From the IMG/VR virus record IMGVR_UViG_3300044538_000007, positions 1 to 51,336 of that record: 51,336 bases of DNA. The stretch is one strand, 5' to 3'. Positions 8,993 to 18,905 of the stretch are shown here, in pieces (the first letter of the stretch is position 1; the number at the start of each line of letters is the position of its first letter). The translations under genes were made by a program, and so were the position numbers. Under the pieces are notes generated by a model, which had not been told where the DNA came from, searched no databases, and saw nothing but the letters and a program-made list of their open reading frames with translations. The DNA comes from a virus (lineage: Duplodnaviria > Caudoviricetes).

Positions 8993-10408
8993 ATGACGAT
9001 CGTCCGCGGCAACGTCCCGACCCCGGACGGTGGGAACAACCGCACCAGCCTCACCCTGACCAAGCCGACCGGCCTGGTCGACGGCGACTTCCTCATCGTC
9101 GAGCTGACTTTGGGTGCCAACAACACCCCCACCGCCCCGTCCGGTGCCTGGGGAAGCTGGGCCCAGTTCGTCACCGTCAATCAGGCCAACGTGGTCGTCA
9201 AATGGGGCTACTACCACATCGTCGCCGACACCACATTGGAACCGGCCAGCTACAGCTTCACGTGGACCGGTAACGCCCGGGCGACCGGGATCATCGTCGC
9301 CTACTCAGGCGTGGACACTTCGACCCCGATGGACGTGGCCACCCCAACAACCGCGATAGCCAACACCGGCACCACCCTGGCCGTATCCGGTATCACCACC
9401 GTCACTGATGGGGCGATGCTGCTGTCCGGCGCCGGTCAGGACTCGTCCGGCACCGGCACATGCACCCCGCCGGGGACGATGAGCGCCATCGCAGCCGCCC
9501 CGACGGCGGGCAAGGCGGCCAGGCTCGCCGACGAAACGTTCACCACGGCCGGGGCGACGGGTACCCGGACGTGGTCGTTCAGCGCATCCGCTGCCCATGC
9601 CGTCTGGTTGGCGGCGCTTCGGCCGTCCGGGGCCGCCGGCGAAACCGTCGACCTGGCTCCCGCCGTGCTTGACCTCGCTGCGCAGCCGGTTACACCAGTA
9701 TCCGGGCCGGTAACCGTCGACCTGGCGCCAGCGATCCTCGACCTGGCCGCGCAGCCGCTCACTCCGGTGGTTCCGCCTCCATCGGTTGCGTTGGCCCCTG
9801 CGGCATTTGCGCTGACCGCCCAACCGGTCACTCCGGTACCCGGCATGGTGACCGTCGCCCTGGCGCCGGCCGTCATCACCCTCGCGGCCCGACCGCTGGT
9901 GCCGGTGCCCGGCCCGCTGAGCGTGCCCCTGGCACCCGCAGTGATGCCGCTGGTTGGCGTATCCCTCACCCCGGATCCCGGACCTGTCAGCGTGCCGCTG
10001 GCGCCGGCCGTGATGCCGCTGGCGGCCGTACCGCTCTCACCGTTCCCAACATCCGGGGGCGTCATCCTGGCGCCGGCTGTGCTGACGCTGATGGCGCAGC
10101 CGTTGACCCCGGTATCCGGCCCGGTCGCGGTTCCCCTTGCCCCCGCGATCCTGGAATTGACCGCGCAGCCGGTCACGGCCATACCCGGCCCAGTCATGGT
10201 GCCGTTGGCCCCGGCACAGCTGACGTTGGTTGCGGTGCCCCTTGGCTTTGCCACCCCGGTCACCGCCGGCACCATGCATCCTGCCACCCGCACCACCGCC
10301 ACCGCGTCCAGGCAGACCCGCACCACCGCGACCGCCGCCACCGCTTCCGGCACCACAGCGGAAGCATCCGCCGCCGCACGGACGGCCCCAACGATGACAG
10401 GCAGGTGA
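8993..10408 (+). CDS. Putative head fibre/decoration protein with nine ~23-aa repeats
   Basis: Thr/Gly-rich N-terminal domain, VxLAPAxxxLxAQPxTPVxGP repeats, Thr/Ala-rich tail. Confidence 0.6.
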   Translation: MTIVRGNVPTPDGGNNRTSLTLTKPTGLVDGDFLIVELTLGANNTPTAPSGAWGSWAQFVTVNQANVVVKWGYYHIVADTTLEPASYSFTWTGNARATGIIVAYSGVDTSTPMDVATPTTAIANTGTTLAVSGITTVTDGAMLLSGAGQDSSGTGTCTPPGTMSAIAAAPTAGKAARLADETFTTAGATGTRTWSFSASAAHAVWLAALRPSGAAGETVDLAPAVLDLAAQPVTPVSGPVTVDLAPAILDLAAQPLTPVVPPPSVALAPAAFALTAQPVTPVPGMVTVALAPAVITLAARPLVPVPGPLSVPLAPAVMPLVGVSLTPDPGPVSVPLAPAVMPLAAVPLSPFPTSGGVILAPAVLTLMAQPLTPVSGPVAVPLAPAILELTAQPVTAIPGPVMVPLAPAQLTLVAVPLGFATPVTAGTMHPATRTTATASRQTRTTATAATASGTTAEASAAARTAPTMTGR

Positions 10409-11253
10409 CCATGTTCGACCTTGGTGAGCCGGTGCCGCTCGGCGTCGACGTCACCGACGCCGCCGGGGACCTGGTCGACGCGGACACGATCACCCTGACT
10501 GTCACCCTGCCCGACGGCACCGCCGTGACCCCGACCGTGCCGAACCCACCCACGACGACCGGCAAATACCAGTACGACTACGTCACCGTCCAGGCCGGGT
10601 TGCACCGGTACCGGTTCGCCACCACTACCCCAACCACCGCCTACGCGGACGTGTTCAACGTCGTCTCCGCGGACTGGCCCGCCATCGTCGGCCTGGCCGA
10701 AACCAAGAAGCATCTGAACATCGAACCGGATGACACGTCCGCCGACGAGGAGCTGCGCGGATTCATCCTGTCCGCCTCCGCGGTCGTGGAGGACGTGGTC
10801 GGCGCGGTGGCGAGGCGGACCGTGGTCGAGACCTGCTCTGGCGGGTCCGGGCTGGTGCGGCTGGCCACCGTCCCGGTCCTGTCCGTCGACCAGGTGCTCG
10901 CCGACGGCACCCTGGTCGACCCCGGAGACTACAGCTTCGCCGCATCGGGCATGGTCGTGCACCGCTGGGGCTGCTGGCCGACCGGGCTACGCAACGTCGA
11001 GGTTACCTACACCGCCGGCCGTCTGGTGGTACCACCGAACCTGCTGGACGGGGTGAAGGAGCTGATCCGGATCAACTGGCGGCCCCAGGAGGGCGGCAAC
11101 TATTCGCCGTTCGATGGCGGCGGGGAAGACGACTTCGGTGTGTCCCGGGCCACTGAAGGCTCCCTGCAGGGGCAGATCCGGCTCGGATTCTTCGTCCCGA
11201 ACACGGTCACCGAACGGCTGATGCCGCAGCGACGCGGCCCGGTGGTGATGTAG
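10405..11253 (+). CDS. Head-to-tail adaptor with an N-terminal Ig-like domain
   Basis: LAETKKHLNI...DEELRGFILSASAVVE, VEVTYTAG. Confidence 0.75.
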   Translation: MTMFDLGEPVPLGVDVTDAAGDLVDADTITLTVTLPDGTAVTPTVPNPPTTTGKYQYDYVTVQAGLHRYRFATTTPTTAYADVFNVVSADWPAIVGLAETKKHLNIEPDDTSADEELRGFILSASAVVEDVVGAVARRTVVETCSGGSGLVRLATVPVLSVDQVLADGTLVDPGDYSFAASGMVVHRWGCWPTGLRNVEVTYTAGRLVVPPNLLDGVKELIRINWRPQEGGNYSPFDGGGEDDFGVSRATEGSLQGQIRLGFFVPNTVTERLMPQRRGPVVM

Positions 11254-11255
11254 CC

Positions 11256-11708
11256 GTGGCCTCGAGCGTGCCGACCGGCGTGGACTGGCTGGTTGCCCAG
11301 ATCACCGCAGCCGCACCGGACGTGCTCGTGGCCGATGGCTGGCCCGTGGGCCGCAAGGACGACGTGATCGCCGTGGGGATCACCCCCGACGGCGACGAAA
11401 CCGGGGTATCCGCCACCTACGCCCAACTGTCCGGCCTCGAAGAGGAGAACGTGCTGCTGCCATCGGTTGTCTCGGTGCGTCGCAGCGGCGACAACGCCGC
11501 CTCGCGGTCCCGGGCCGCCGCGGTCGCGCTGATCGACGTGATCCGCGGCGTGGTGAACGCGGACCGCAGGTTGGGTGGTGCCGTGGTGCCCGGGCTGCCG
11601 GCCCGGGTGTCCGGGTGGCGGCTGGCGCAAACCTCGTCGGCCCGGCCCGCCGGGGAAGGCCGCACCTGCGAAATCATCGTCATGATCTCCTGGCAGCACC
11701 GGGGCTAG
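11256..11708 (+). CDS. Head-tail/tail terminator-like protein
   Basis: Position and size; DRRLGGAV motif. Confidence 0.55.
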   Translation: MASSVPTGVDWLVAQITAAAPDVLVADGWPVGRKDDVIAVGITPDGDETGVSATYAQLSGLEEENVLLPSVVSVRRSGDNAASRSRAAAVALIDVIRGVVNADRRLGGAVVPGLPARVSGWRLAQTSSARPAGEGRTCEIIVMISWQHRG

Positions 11709-12049
11709 TACGGCGACGGGCCCGTTGGTTTCTGGATCTCGGTCGTCGCACCCTTGATCACCACACCGGTCACGGTCGCGATGCCGCCGAGCCCGATGAT
11801 GACCCACACGAGGACCTTCGGGGTGTTGCGGGCGGAGTCGCAGGCAGCCACAGCGTTGTCAGTGAAGCCCCGCGCACCGGCGAAGGTGCCGGCCAGATCC
11901 GACACATAGGCGTCATCAGTTGCGCGCAGGGCGGTGCCGCATTTAACACCGTCGGCGTGGATGGGCACGGCGAGGCCGATGAGGAGGCCGAGGCCGACCA
12001 CTGCCAGCCCGATCAGGCTCAGCGCAGTGCTTACAGCTTTCGATCCCAT
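11705..12049 (-). CDS. Membrane protein (two predicted TM segments), antisense within the late operon
   Basis: Two hydrophobic stretches flanking a loop with two Cys; fills the gap between + strand genes. Confidence 0.7.
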   Translation of the reverse strand: MGSKAVSTALSLIGLAVVGLGLLIGLAVPIHADGVKCGTALRATDDAYVSDLAGTFAGARGFTDNAVAACDSARNTPKVLVWVIIGLGGIATVTGVVIKGATTEIQKPTGPSPY

Positions 12050-12090
12050 GGCGCGCACCGTACACCGCCGATGCAAGGGGGACAGTCGGG

Positions 12091-12504
12091 ATGGCGACAG
12101 AGGACCTGGCCGCCTTCCGAATGGCCGTCACCGAGCTGCGGACCATGCCAGCCGAGATCCGCAAGCAGCTGCGGCCCGCACTCAAGCAGGCGGCGCAGCC
12201 GATCGTCACCGCAGCCAAGTCCAACGCGTCCTGGTCGACGCGCATCCCCGCCGCGATCAATGTGCGGGTCCTGAAGAAGGGTGTGGAAATCCGCGTCAAC
12301 CGGAAGAAGGCCCCCCACGGCCGGGTGTACGAGGGCCTGTCCGGCATGACGTTCCGGCATCCCGTGTTCGGGGACCGGGATGTGTGGCGGGCACAGCGGG
12401 CCCGCCCGTATCTGCTGCCGGCGGTACGCGCGCACCGCGACGAGGTGCGCAAGGCGATCACGGGCGTGGTTGAGCAGGTGGCCCGCGACCACGGATTCCA
12501 CTGA
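12091..12504 (+). CDS. HK97 gp10-like tail completion protein
   Basis: Basic protein with FRHPVFG and RARPYLLPA. Confidence 0.7.
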   Translation: MATEDLAAFRMAVTELRTMPAEIRKQLRPALKQAAQPIVTAAKSNASWSTRIPAAINVRVLKKGVEIRVNRKKAPHGRVYEGLSGMTFRHPVFGDRDVWRAQRARPYLLPAVRAHRDEVRKAITGVVEQVARDHGFH

Positions 12505-12515
12505 GAGGACCCCCA

Positions 12516-12722
12516 ATGGCCGAATATGTGTGGCTCGTCCATCCCAACCTGCCCGGCCAGCCCATCCGGGTACGTGAGCAGGCGGTGCCCACGTACCGGG
12601 CCTCCGGCTGGCAGGTCGAACCCACACCCGAACCCGAGGCCGAGGCGGCCGAGGAGAAGCCGCGGCGCCGGCCGCGCAACACCCCGAAGGAGATGAGCAC
12701 CGATGGCGCCGACGCCGCTTAG
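12516..12722 (+). CDS. Hypothetical protein
   Basis: RBS GAGGA; 68 aa; SGWQ motif. Confidence 0.65.
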   Translation: MAEYVWLVHPNLPGQPIRVREQAVPTYRASGWQVEPTPEPEAEAAEEKPRRRPRNTPKEMSTDGADAA

Positions 12723-13188
12723 CACGACCTCGCGGTACATCAGCCCCGAGGTCACCAAGATTTACTGGGTGGCGACCGTGGCCACCCTCGCCAGCCCGAC
12801 CCGGTCCGAGTTGGACGCCGGCACGGACCTGACCGCGGAGGTGGCCGCCGCCACCGGGTGGGAGATCACCGCGGACCGGGTCGCCGTCCCCGACCTGGGT
12901 ACCAAGTTCGTTGGTCGCATCTCCGGGCGGGTCAACCCGGGCGACGCGCAGATCGTCTTCTACGCATCCGAGGACACGGAGGATGTGCGGGACGTTCTGG
13001 CCCGCGGCGACCAGGGGAACATTTTCATCGGCGACGGTGGGGACGTGACCGGGCAGAAGGCCCGCATGTTCGCCGTCGAGGTGTCCGCGGTGACCCCCAC
13101 TGTGGATGTGGCCGGCACCGAAGGTGCCCGGATCATGGTGGACTTTTCGATCACCGCCGTGGCTGAAGAGGTCATCGTTCCGTCGTGA
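12703..13188 (+). CDS. Major tail (tube) protein
   Basis: SPTRSELDAGTDLT...VPDLG motif; precedes the chaperone and tape measure. Confidence 0.85.
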   Translation: MAPTPLSTTSRYISPEVTKIYWVATVATLASPTRSELDAGTDLTAEVAAATGWEITADRVAVPDLGTKFVGRISGRVNPGDAQIVFYASEDTEDVRDVLARGDQGNIFIGDGGDVTGQKARMFAVEVSAVTPTVDVAGTEGARIMVDFSITAVAEEVIVPS

Positions 13189-13787
13189 GCGCCGATCAGC
13201 GTCAGCGTCTGCTGGCCCGGCCCCGGCCGTCGATCGGCTACCCGCTGCAGGTGGTCGACCAGCAGACGCTCACCGCGGCGCAGCAGGAGCTCGGCGCGGC
13301 GCAGGCCGACCTGCGGCAGGTCATCCTGTCCGACAAGCCGAAGACGTCGGTGGTGCGGCGGAAGGCGGACCAGCGGGTCGCTGCCGCGCAGGCCGCGTTG
13401 GATCTGTGCTACGAGACCATCACCCTGACCGCGCTGCCCACGGCCGGGGAGCTCACGGCGGAGACGCTCGCGGCGGCGCATCCGCCCACCGACGCGCAGA
13501 TGGCCAAGGCCCGGCAGGAACGGCAGGAAGCCGCGCAGCGGGGTGAGGCGCCGCCGCCGTGGCCGGTGTGGAACGACGACACGTTTCGCCCCGCGCTGCT
13601 GGCCGCCTGCTGTACCAACGGCATGACGGCCGAGGACTGGGCGGCGTTCCTCGGCCAGCATGTGTCCACCGGTGAGGCCAACGGCATCTGGCTGGCGTGT
13701 TTGGCCATCAACCAGCGGGAGCGGGTCGCCGACCCGCTGGTCATCCCAAAAGGCTCGACGCAGATGCTCAGCTCGCTCTTGAGCTGA
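13185..13787 (+). CDS. Tail assembly chaperone (G)
   Basis: Between tail tube and tape measure; slippery site at IPKG. Confidence 0.8.
   Translation: MSADQRQRLLARPRPSIGYPLQVVDQQTLTAAQQELGAAQADLRQVILSDKPKTSVVRRKADQRVAAAQAALDLCYETITLTALPTAGELTAETLAAAHPPTDAQMAKARQERQEAAQRGEAPPPWPVWNDDTFRPALLAACCTNGMTAEDWAAFLGQHVSTGEANGIWLACLAINQRERVADPLVIPKGSTQMLSSLLS
13745..13751 (+). other. -1 programmed frameshift site C CCA AAA
   Basis: X XXY YYZ heptamer in the chaperone frame; the -1 frame stays open to 14068. Confidence 0.8.
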
Positions 13788-14068
13788 GCATCTGCCGCGC
13801 CTACCAGATCCCCCACTCGGCGTTTCTGGGCTGGTCGAAGGATGACCGGGACAAGGCGATCTGGCAGTGGCTGCGGGAAAAGCAGACCTGCCCATCCTGT
13901 GGCACCCGGCCGGCGGAATGGTCCGAGGCTCAGGATGGCCGGCGGGACGCCTACGAGCCGGTGCTGGACCGGTGTCCCGGCTGCGAAAAGTTGGCCTACT
14001 TCCGCGACGGCGTCGACGAGAAGAAGGCCGGCAAGGGCACGTTTGTGCGGCTACGGCCACACCCATGA
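13745..14068 (+). CDS. Frameshifted C-terminal part of the tail assembly chaperone (GT)
   Basis: -1 frame ORF (LDADAQLALELSIC...WSKDDRDKAI...CPSCG). Confidence 0.75.
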   Translation, partial: PKRLDADAQLALELSICRAYQIPHSAFLGWSKDDRDKAIWQWLREKQTCPSCGTRPAEWSEAQDGRRDAYEPVLDRCPGCEKLAYFRDGVDEKKAGKGTFVRLRPHP

Positions 14069-14084
14069 CGAGGGGAGGTGAGCG

Positions 14085-16871
14085 ATGTCCGAAAAGGACC
14101 TGAACTACCGGCTCACCGCCGACTCGTCGCAGATGGACAGGGGTTTCAAGTCCGCCGAGGCCAGCGCCCGGGTGTTCGAGCGGGAGCTTGCCCGGCTTGA
14201 GGCGCAGCAGAAGCGTGTCCACGACGCCATGAGCATGGTCGGCAAGGGCATGCTCGCCGGCGGCGCCGCGATCGCCGCCGGCCTGGCCCTGGCGGTGAAG
14301 GCCGCCATCAACTGGGAATCGGCGTGGACCGGCGTGGCGAAGGTCGTCGAAGGCTCCCCCGAACAGATGGCCGCCCTGGAAGAGCAGCTGCGCGGCCTGA
14401 CGTTGGTGCTGCCCCAGTCCGCGCAGGAGATCGCCGGGGTGGCCGCCGAGGCCGGCGCCCTGGGCATTGCCCGCCAAGACATCGCCGACTTCACCAAGAC
14501 CATGGTGATGATGGGGACGGCAACCAACCTCACCAGCCTGGAAGCCGCCGACGCGTTGGCCCGGCTGATGAACATCATGAAAACCGCTCCGTCCGACGTG
14601 GACCGGCTCGGGTCAACCATCGTCGCGCTCGGCAACGCTGGCGCGTCCACGGAGTCGGAGATCACGGCGATGGCGCTGCGGATCGCCGGGGCCGGGCAGA
14701 TCATCGGCCTGTCCGAATCGGATGTGCTCGGGTTCGCGTCTGCCCTGTCTAGTGTGGGTATTGAGGCGGAGGCCGGCGGGTCGGCGATCTCCACCGTGTT
14801 CGTGAAGATCGAAACGGCGGTGCGGTCCGGCGGAGAAAAGCTGGACCGATTCGCGGCGATTGCCGGCATGACCGCCGAGCAGTTCCGGCAGGCGTACCAG
14901 ACCGACGCGGCCGGCGCCATCGACACCTTCATCCAAGGGCTGGGCGGAATTGCCCGCTCCGGTGGGGACGTGTTCAGGACGCTTGAGGGTCTGAACATCA
15001 CCGAGATCCGGCAGCGGGACGCGCTGCTGCGGCTGGCCGGCGCCGGCACGATCCTCACCCAGTCGCTGCAGACGGGTGAGCAGGCATGGCGGGACAACAC
15101 AGCGTTGGCAGCCGAGGCGGAACGGCGGTACCAGACGGTTGAGGCGCGGATGCAGATCGCCCGCAACGCCATCACCGACCTGGCCATCGACCTGGGGCAG
15201 GTGCTGCTGCCGGTGGTGGGGAAGGCCGCGGACACCGTGTCCGGGCTGGTTCAGGTGATCAACGACATGCCTGGCCCGCTGAAGACCGCCGCCGTTGTGG
15301 TGCTCGCATTGACGGCCGGGCTGGCGCTGGTCGGCGGGGCCGCTTTGGTCGCGATCCCCCGCATCGCCGCGTTCAAGGCATCCCTGGACACGCTCGCCGC
15401 GTCGGAGGGCCGGGCCGCCGCCGCCGCGGTCACCGCTGGCCGGGCGATCAGCACCACCGGCAGCCTGCTCGCCGGCCCGGTCGGTATCGCGCTGGCCGCC
15501 GCTGTCACCGCGTTCGGGATCTTCGCCGCCAAGCAGGCCGACGCCAAACGCCGCGTCCAGGAGCTGACCGAAACCCTGGACAGGCAGACCGGTGCCATCA
15601 CCGAGGACACCCGGGTCAAAGTCTTCAACGAACTGCAGACCTCGGGCATGGCCGACGCTGCGCAGCGGCTGGGTATCAACCTGGCCGACCTGACCGACGC
15701 CGCCCTCGGCGAGGCGGAGGCGCTGGCCCTGGTGAACAGGGTCATCGCGGAGAACGCCGACAAGTCGAAGGTGCCGCAGGCGCAAGGCAAGGAGGAAGCC
15801 CGGGCCGCACTGCAGCGGGTCAAGGATGCGATCGCGTTGAAGGAGGCACTGGAGCGGCAGTCCGGTGCGGTGTCCGATTCCCGTGAGAAGTGGCAGCAGC
15901 AGAAGGAGGCTGTCGGCGGGGCGGATGAGGCGGCCAGGCAGGTGGAGCCGTCGGTCCGCCAGCTCGGCGAAACGTTGGGTGTGTCGGGGCAGCAGGCTGA
16001 GGACGCCTCCAAAGCGGTCGACGAGCTGAGCAAGGAACTGGACACCCTGTTCAACACGCTGTTCGGGGTGGAGGAGGCCGAGGACGCCACCGCGGAGGCG
16101 TTCCAGCGGGTCATTGACACGGTCAAGCAGGCCACCGGTGAGCACGACAAGCATGCCAAGTCGTTGGACGGCAATTCGAAGGCCGCACTGGCGAACCGGG
16201 ACAACGTCCGCAACCTGGTCAAGTCCTACTACGACCAGATCAACGCGTTGGCCGAGTCCGGCGCCAACTCGGACACGCTGCGCAAGAAGACGGAGGAGCT
16301 GCGCAAAAAGTTCGTTGACCAGATGCGGCAGGCCGGCTTCTCCGAAGCCGCGATCGCCGAGTATGCGGCCGCGTTCGACGACATCCCTGCGGCGGTGACC
16401 ACGGCGCTGAAGGCGGACACGGCGCAGGCGTTGCGGGCCATCAAAATCCTGCGGCAGGCCATCCGGGACATTCACGGTAAGACGATCGGTATTCACGTGT
16501 CGGGTGGGATCGGCTCCGGCACGCAGGTTGCCGGTGCCTCCACCGGCGGCCCGATCCTCGGATCCACCCCGAAGGGTGTGGACGCACAGTTGCGCCGGGT
16601 CGCCGTCGGCGAGCACGTGCTCACCGCCGAAGATGTGGATGCCATGGGCGGACAGTCCGCCGTGTCCGCATTCCGCCAATCGCTGCACTCCGGAGCCCGG
16701 ACGGCGGTGGCTGCGCCCACCCTGGCCGCCGCGTCAGCACCTGCTGCGGCGCCGTCGTTCGACGTGCGCGTCTTCGTCGGGGACCGGGAGCTGACCGACA
16801 TCGTCAACGTGCAGATCTCCGAACATGACCGGGGTATTCGGCGCCGGGTACAGGCGGGGGTGAGGCGCTGA
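14085..16871 (+). CDS. Tape measure protein (TP901-like core)
   Basis: 928 aa, Ala-rich; WESAWTGVAKV, GIEAEAGGSAIS. Confidence 0.93.
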   Translation: MSEKDLNYRLTADSSQMDRGFKSAEASARVFERELARLEAQQKRVHDAMSMVGKGMLAGGAAIAAGLALAVKAAINWESAWTGVAKVVEGSPEQMAALEEQLRGLTLVLPQSAQEIAGVAAEAGALGIARQDIADFTKTMVMMGTATNLTSLEAADALARLMNIMKTAPSDVDRLGSTIVALGNAGASTESEITAMALRIAGAGQIIGLSESDVLGFASALSSVGIEAEAGGSAISTVFVKIETAVRSGGEKLDRFAAIAGMTAEQFRQAYQTDAAGAIDTFIQGLGGIARSGGDVFRTLEGLNITEIRQRDALLRLAGAGTILTQSLQTGEQAWRDNTALAAEAERRYQTVEARMQIARNAITDLAIDLGQVLLPVVGKAADTVSGLVQVINDMPGPLKTAAVVVLALTAGLALVGGAALVAIPRIAAFKASLDTLAASEGRAAAAAVTAGRAISTTGSLLAGPVGIALAAAVTAFGIFAAKQADAKRRVQELTETLDRQTGAITEDTRVKVFNELQTSGMADAAQRLGINLADLTDAALGEAEALALVNRVIAENADKSKVPQAQGKEEARAALQRVKDAIALKEALERQSGAVSDSREKWQQQKEAVGGADEAARQVEPSVRQLGETLGVSGQQAEDASKAVDELSKELDTLFNTLFGVEEAEDATAEAFQRVIDTVKQATGEHDKHAKSLDGNSKAALANRDNVRNLVKSYYDQINALAESGANSDTLRKKTEELRKKFVDQMRQAGFSEAAIAEYAAAFDDIPAAVTTALKADTAQALRAIKILRQAIRDIHGKTIGIHVSGGIGSGTQVAGASTGGPILGSTPKGVDAQLRRVAVGEHVLTAEDVDAMGGQSAVSAFRQSLHSGARTAVAAPTLAAASAPAAAPSFDVRVFVGDRELTDIVNVQISEHDRGIRRRVQAGVRR

Positions 16872-18895
16872 TGCCGGATCTGTATGCCGACTATGCCGCC
16901 CTCGCCGCAGCGGAGACGGAAGGTGTCGACTACACGCGGACTGCGCAGACACCGTCGGGTGCGTGGTGGGCGGCCATTGCGATCCACGGTGGGCTGATCG
17001 AGGCCGGCACTGGACCCCTGGCGAAGCAGGTCGCCGATCTGCGGCGAATGGCGTTCTACGAGTTCAAAGGCATCCGCGCCGGCTCACAACCCGATTTGCA
17101 CATCACCAGCGAAAACTTCGACGAACCGAACGCGCTGGCCCTGGTCGCCAAGGCCGGCCGGATACTCAGCTTCCACGGCTTCACCGGCACGACCGGGGTT
17201 GAGGAAACCCTGATCGGCGGGTTGGACGCGGGGCTGCGGGACAAGGTGATGGCCGCCCTCGTGGCGGCCGGGTTCACGGTCTCCGTCGCCGCGTCGGAGT
17301 ATCCGGGTACGTCGGCGGACAACATCTGCAACAAGTCGGCCACCGGGGCAGGTGTGCAATTGGAGTTGTCCCGCGCGCAGCGTGAGGCATTCTTCCCCGG
17401 CGGCGACCTGACCCTCCCCACATTGGACGATCCGGATGCGCGGACGGCCACCTTCGACGCCTACGCTGCGGCGGTGGCGTCGGCGATGGTCCCGACCCTG
17501 GTCTACGACGCGCAGCTGTCCCGGGTGCGACTGTCAGGTGTGGCGCCGGGCTGGAAAGACAACTTCGGCCGCACGGTCGTCGACGGCTGGGAGGCGTCGA
17601 CCAGCGGACACAACTACATCACCGTCGGCGCGGCAACGGCGTTCCAGGTCAACGGTGGTGTCGGCAAGCACATCCACACCGCGGCTGCCGTGTCCCGCTG
17701 GTCTTTGGCCGCCACCTTGCAGGCCGACTGGGACGAGGCTGCCGAGGTGTCCACCGACCTGCTCGCCGCCGGAGGTGGCCAATTCCACCTGCTGATAGGC
17801 CGATCCACTGATGATGGGGCCACCTGCTATGCGGCCCGGGTTGAATTCTCGGCGACTCAGACGGTCATCCTGACTTTGCGGAAGCGGGTCGCCGGCACGG
17901 AGACGTTACTGGTGCAGCACACCACCGGCCTGACCCATGCGGCTGGCACGGCGGTGCGGTTCCGGTTCCAGGGCCTCGGATCGCAGCTGCGGGCGAAGGC
18001 GTGGCTCGCATCCGGCACCGAACCCGCAGCTTGGCAGCTGACAACCACCGACACGGACGTGACCGGTACCGGTCGGGTCGGTATCCGTTCCATCCTGGCA
18101 TCCACCTACACCGGCACCCTGCCGGTCACCTCGTCCTGGGGCAATGCGGTGTCCTACTCGAAGGCCACCGTCCAGCGGTCCACGGACGGGGTCCGCTGGA
18201 CGACTGTACGCGGCGCGGCCACATTGGCCGGTGACGCCTTCGGCCCGGTCGCGGTAGACGACTACGAGTTTGTCGCCGACGTGGCCAACCAGTGGCGGAT
18301 CCGTACGTTCGAGCCGTCATCGGGGCGGACGCTGGCGGTCGCGCAAGACTCGCTTGCCCCCGACCTGGCCGGTGTGGTGTGGCTCAAGTCGGTGGTGCGG
18401 CCGTTCCTGAACCGGCCGGTCCGCATCCGCGACCAATCAGATTTCACCCGGCCCAGCAGGTCTGGCCGCTTCCCCATCGTCGGCCGGTCGCTGCCCGTCG
18501 CGGTCACCGACGTCCGCGGCGGCAAACAGTTCGTGTTGGAGGTGTACGCCGCAGATGCGGTCGAGGCGCGTGTCATCGATCTGCTGTTGGCCTCCGGCGA
18601 CATCCTGTTCGTCCACACCCCGGCCACCGGGCGGCTGTCCAGGGTGCCCAGCGGCTACGTGGACGTGGGCGACAGCGTAGAGGAGATCCTGCCAACCGCC
18701 GACTACGACCTCGGCTACTTCGCCCTGCCCTGCGCCCATGTGGCCGCGCCCACCCCCGACGTGGTAGGGGTTACGTACACCTGTCAGGGTGTCCTCAACG
18801 ACTACGCCACCTGCGCCGACCTGCTGGCCGCGTTCGCCACCTGCGCCGACCTGCTCGACAACGTCGGCTCGGCCGAAGACATCATCGTCGAATGA
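16871..18895 (+). CDS. Minor tail (Dit-position) protein with an N-terminal poly-gamma-glutamate hydrolase (PghP/YjqB-like) domain
   Basis: AIHGGLIEAGT, LHITSENFDEP, SFHG, NICN...GVQLELS; C-terminal part resembles actinophage minor tail proteins. Confidence 0.75.
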   Translation: MPDLYADYAALAAAETEGVDYTRTAQTPSGAWWAAIAIHGGLIEAGTGPLAKQVADLRRMAFYEFKGIRAGSQPDLHITSENFDEPNALALVAKAGRILSFHGFTGTTGVEETLIGGLDAGLRDKVMAALVAAGFTVSVAASEYPGTSADNICNKSATGAGVQLELSRAQREAFFPGGDLTLPTLDDPDARTATFDAYAAAVASAMVPTLVYDAQLSRVRLSGVAPGWKDNFGRTVVDGWEASTSGHNYITVGAATAFQVNGGVGKHIHTAAAVSRWSLAATLQADWDEAAEVSTDLLAAGGGQFHLLIGRSTDDGATCYAARVEFSATQTVILTLRKRVAGTETLLVQHTTGLTHAAGTAVRFRFQGLGSQLRAKAWLASGTEPAAWQLTTTDTDVTGTGRVGIRSILASTYTGTLPVTSSWGNAVSYSKATVQRSTDGVRWTTVRGAATLAGDAFGPVAVDDYEFVADVANQWRIRTFEPSSGRTLAVAQDSLAPDLAGVVWLKSVVRPFLNRPVRIRDQSDFTRPSRSGRFPIVGRSLPVAVTDVRGGKQFVLEVYAADAVEARVIDLLLASGDILFVHTPATGRLSRVPSGYVDVGDSVEEILPTADYDLGYFALPCAHVAAPTPDVVGVTYTCQGVLNDYATCADLLAAFATCADLLDNVGSAEDIIVE

Positions 18896-18905
18896 GGACC
18901 GTCCG

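Noticed and set aside
8498-12670. GAGGAGAAGCCGCGGCG shared by two small genes (EEKPRR)
   Set aside because: Short low-complexity charged tails 4 kb apart; probably convergent codon use.
13185-14068. Tail chaperone -1 frameshift as a novelty
   Set aside because: Real but standard for long-tailed phages; listed as a feature only.
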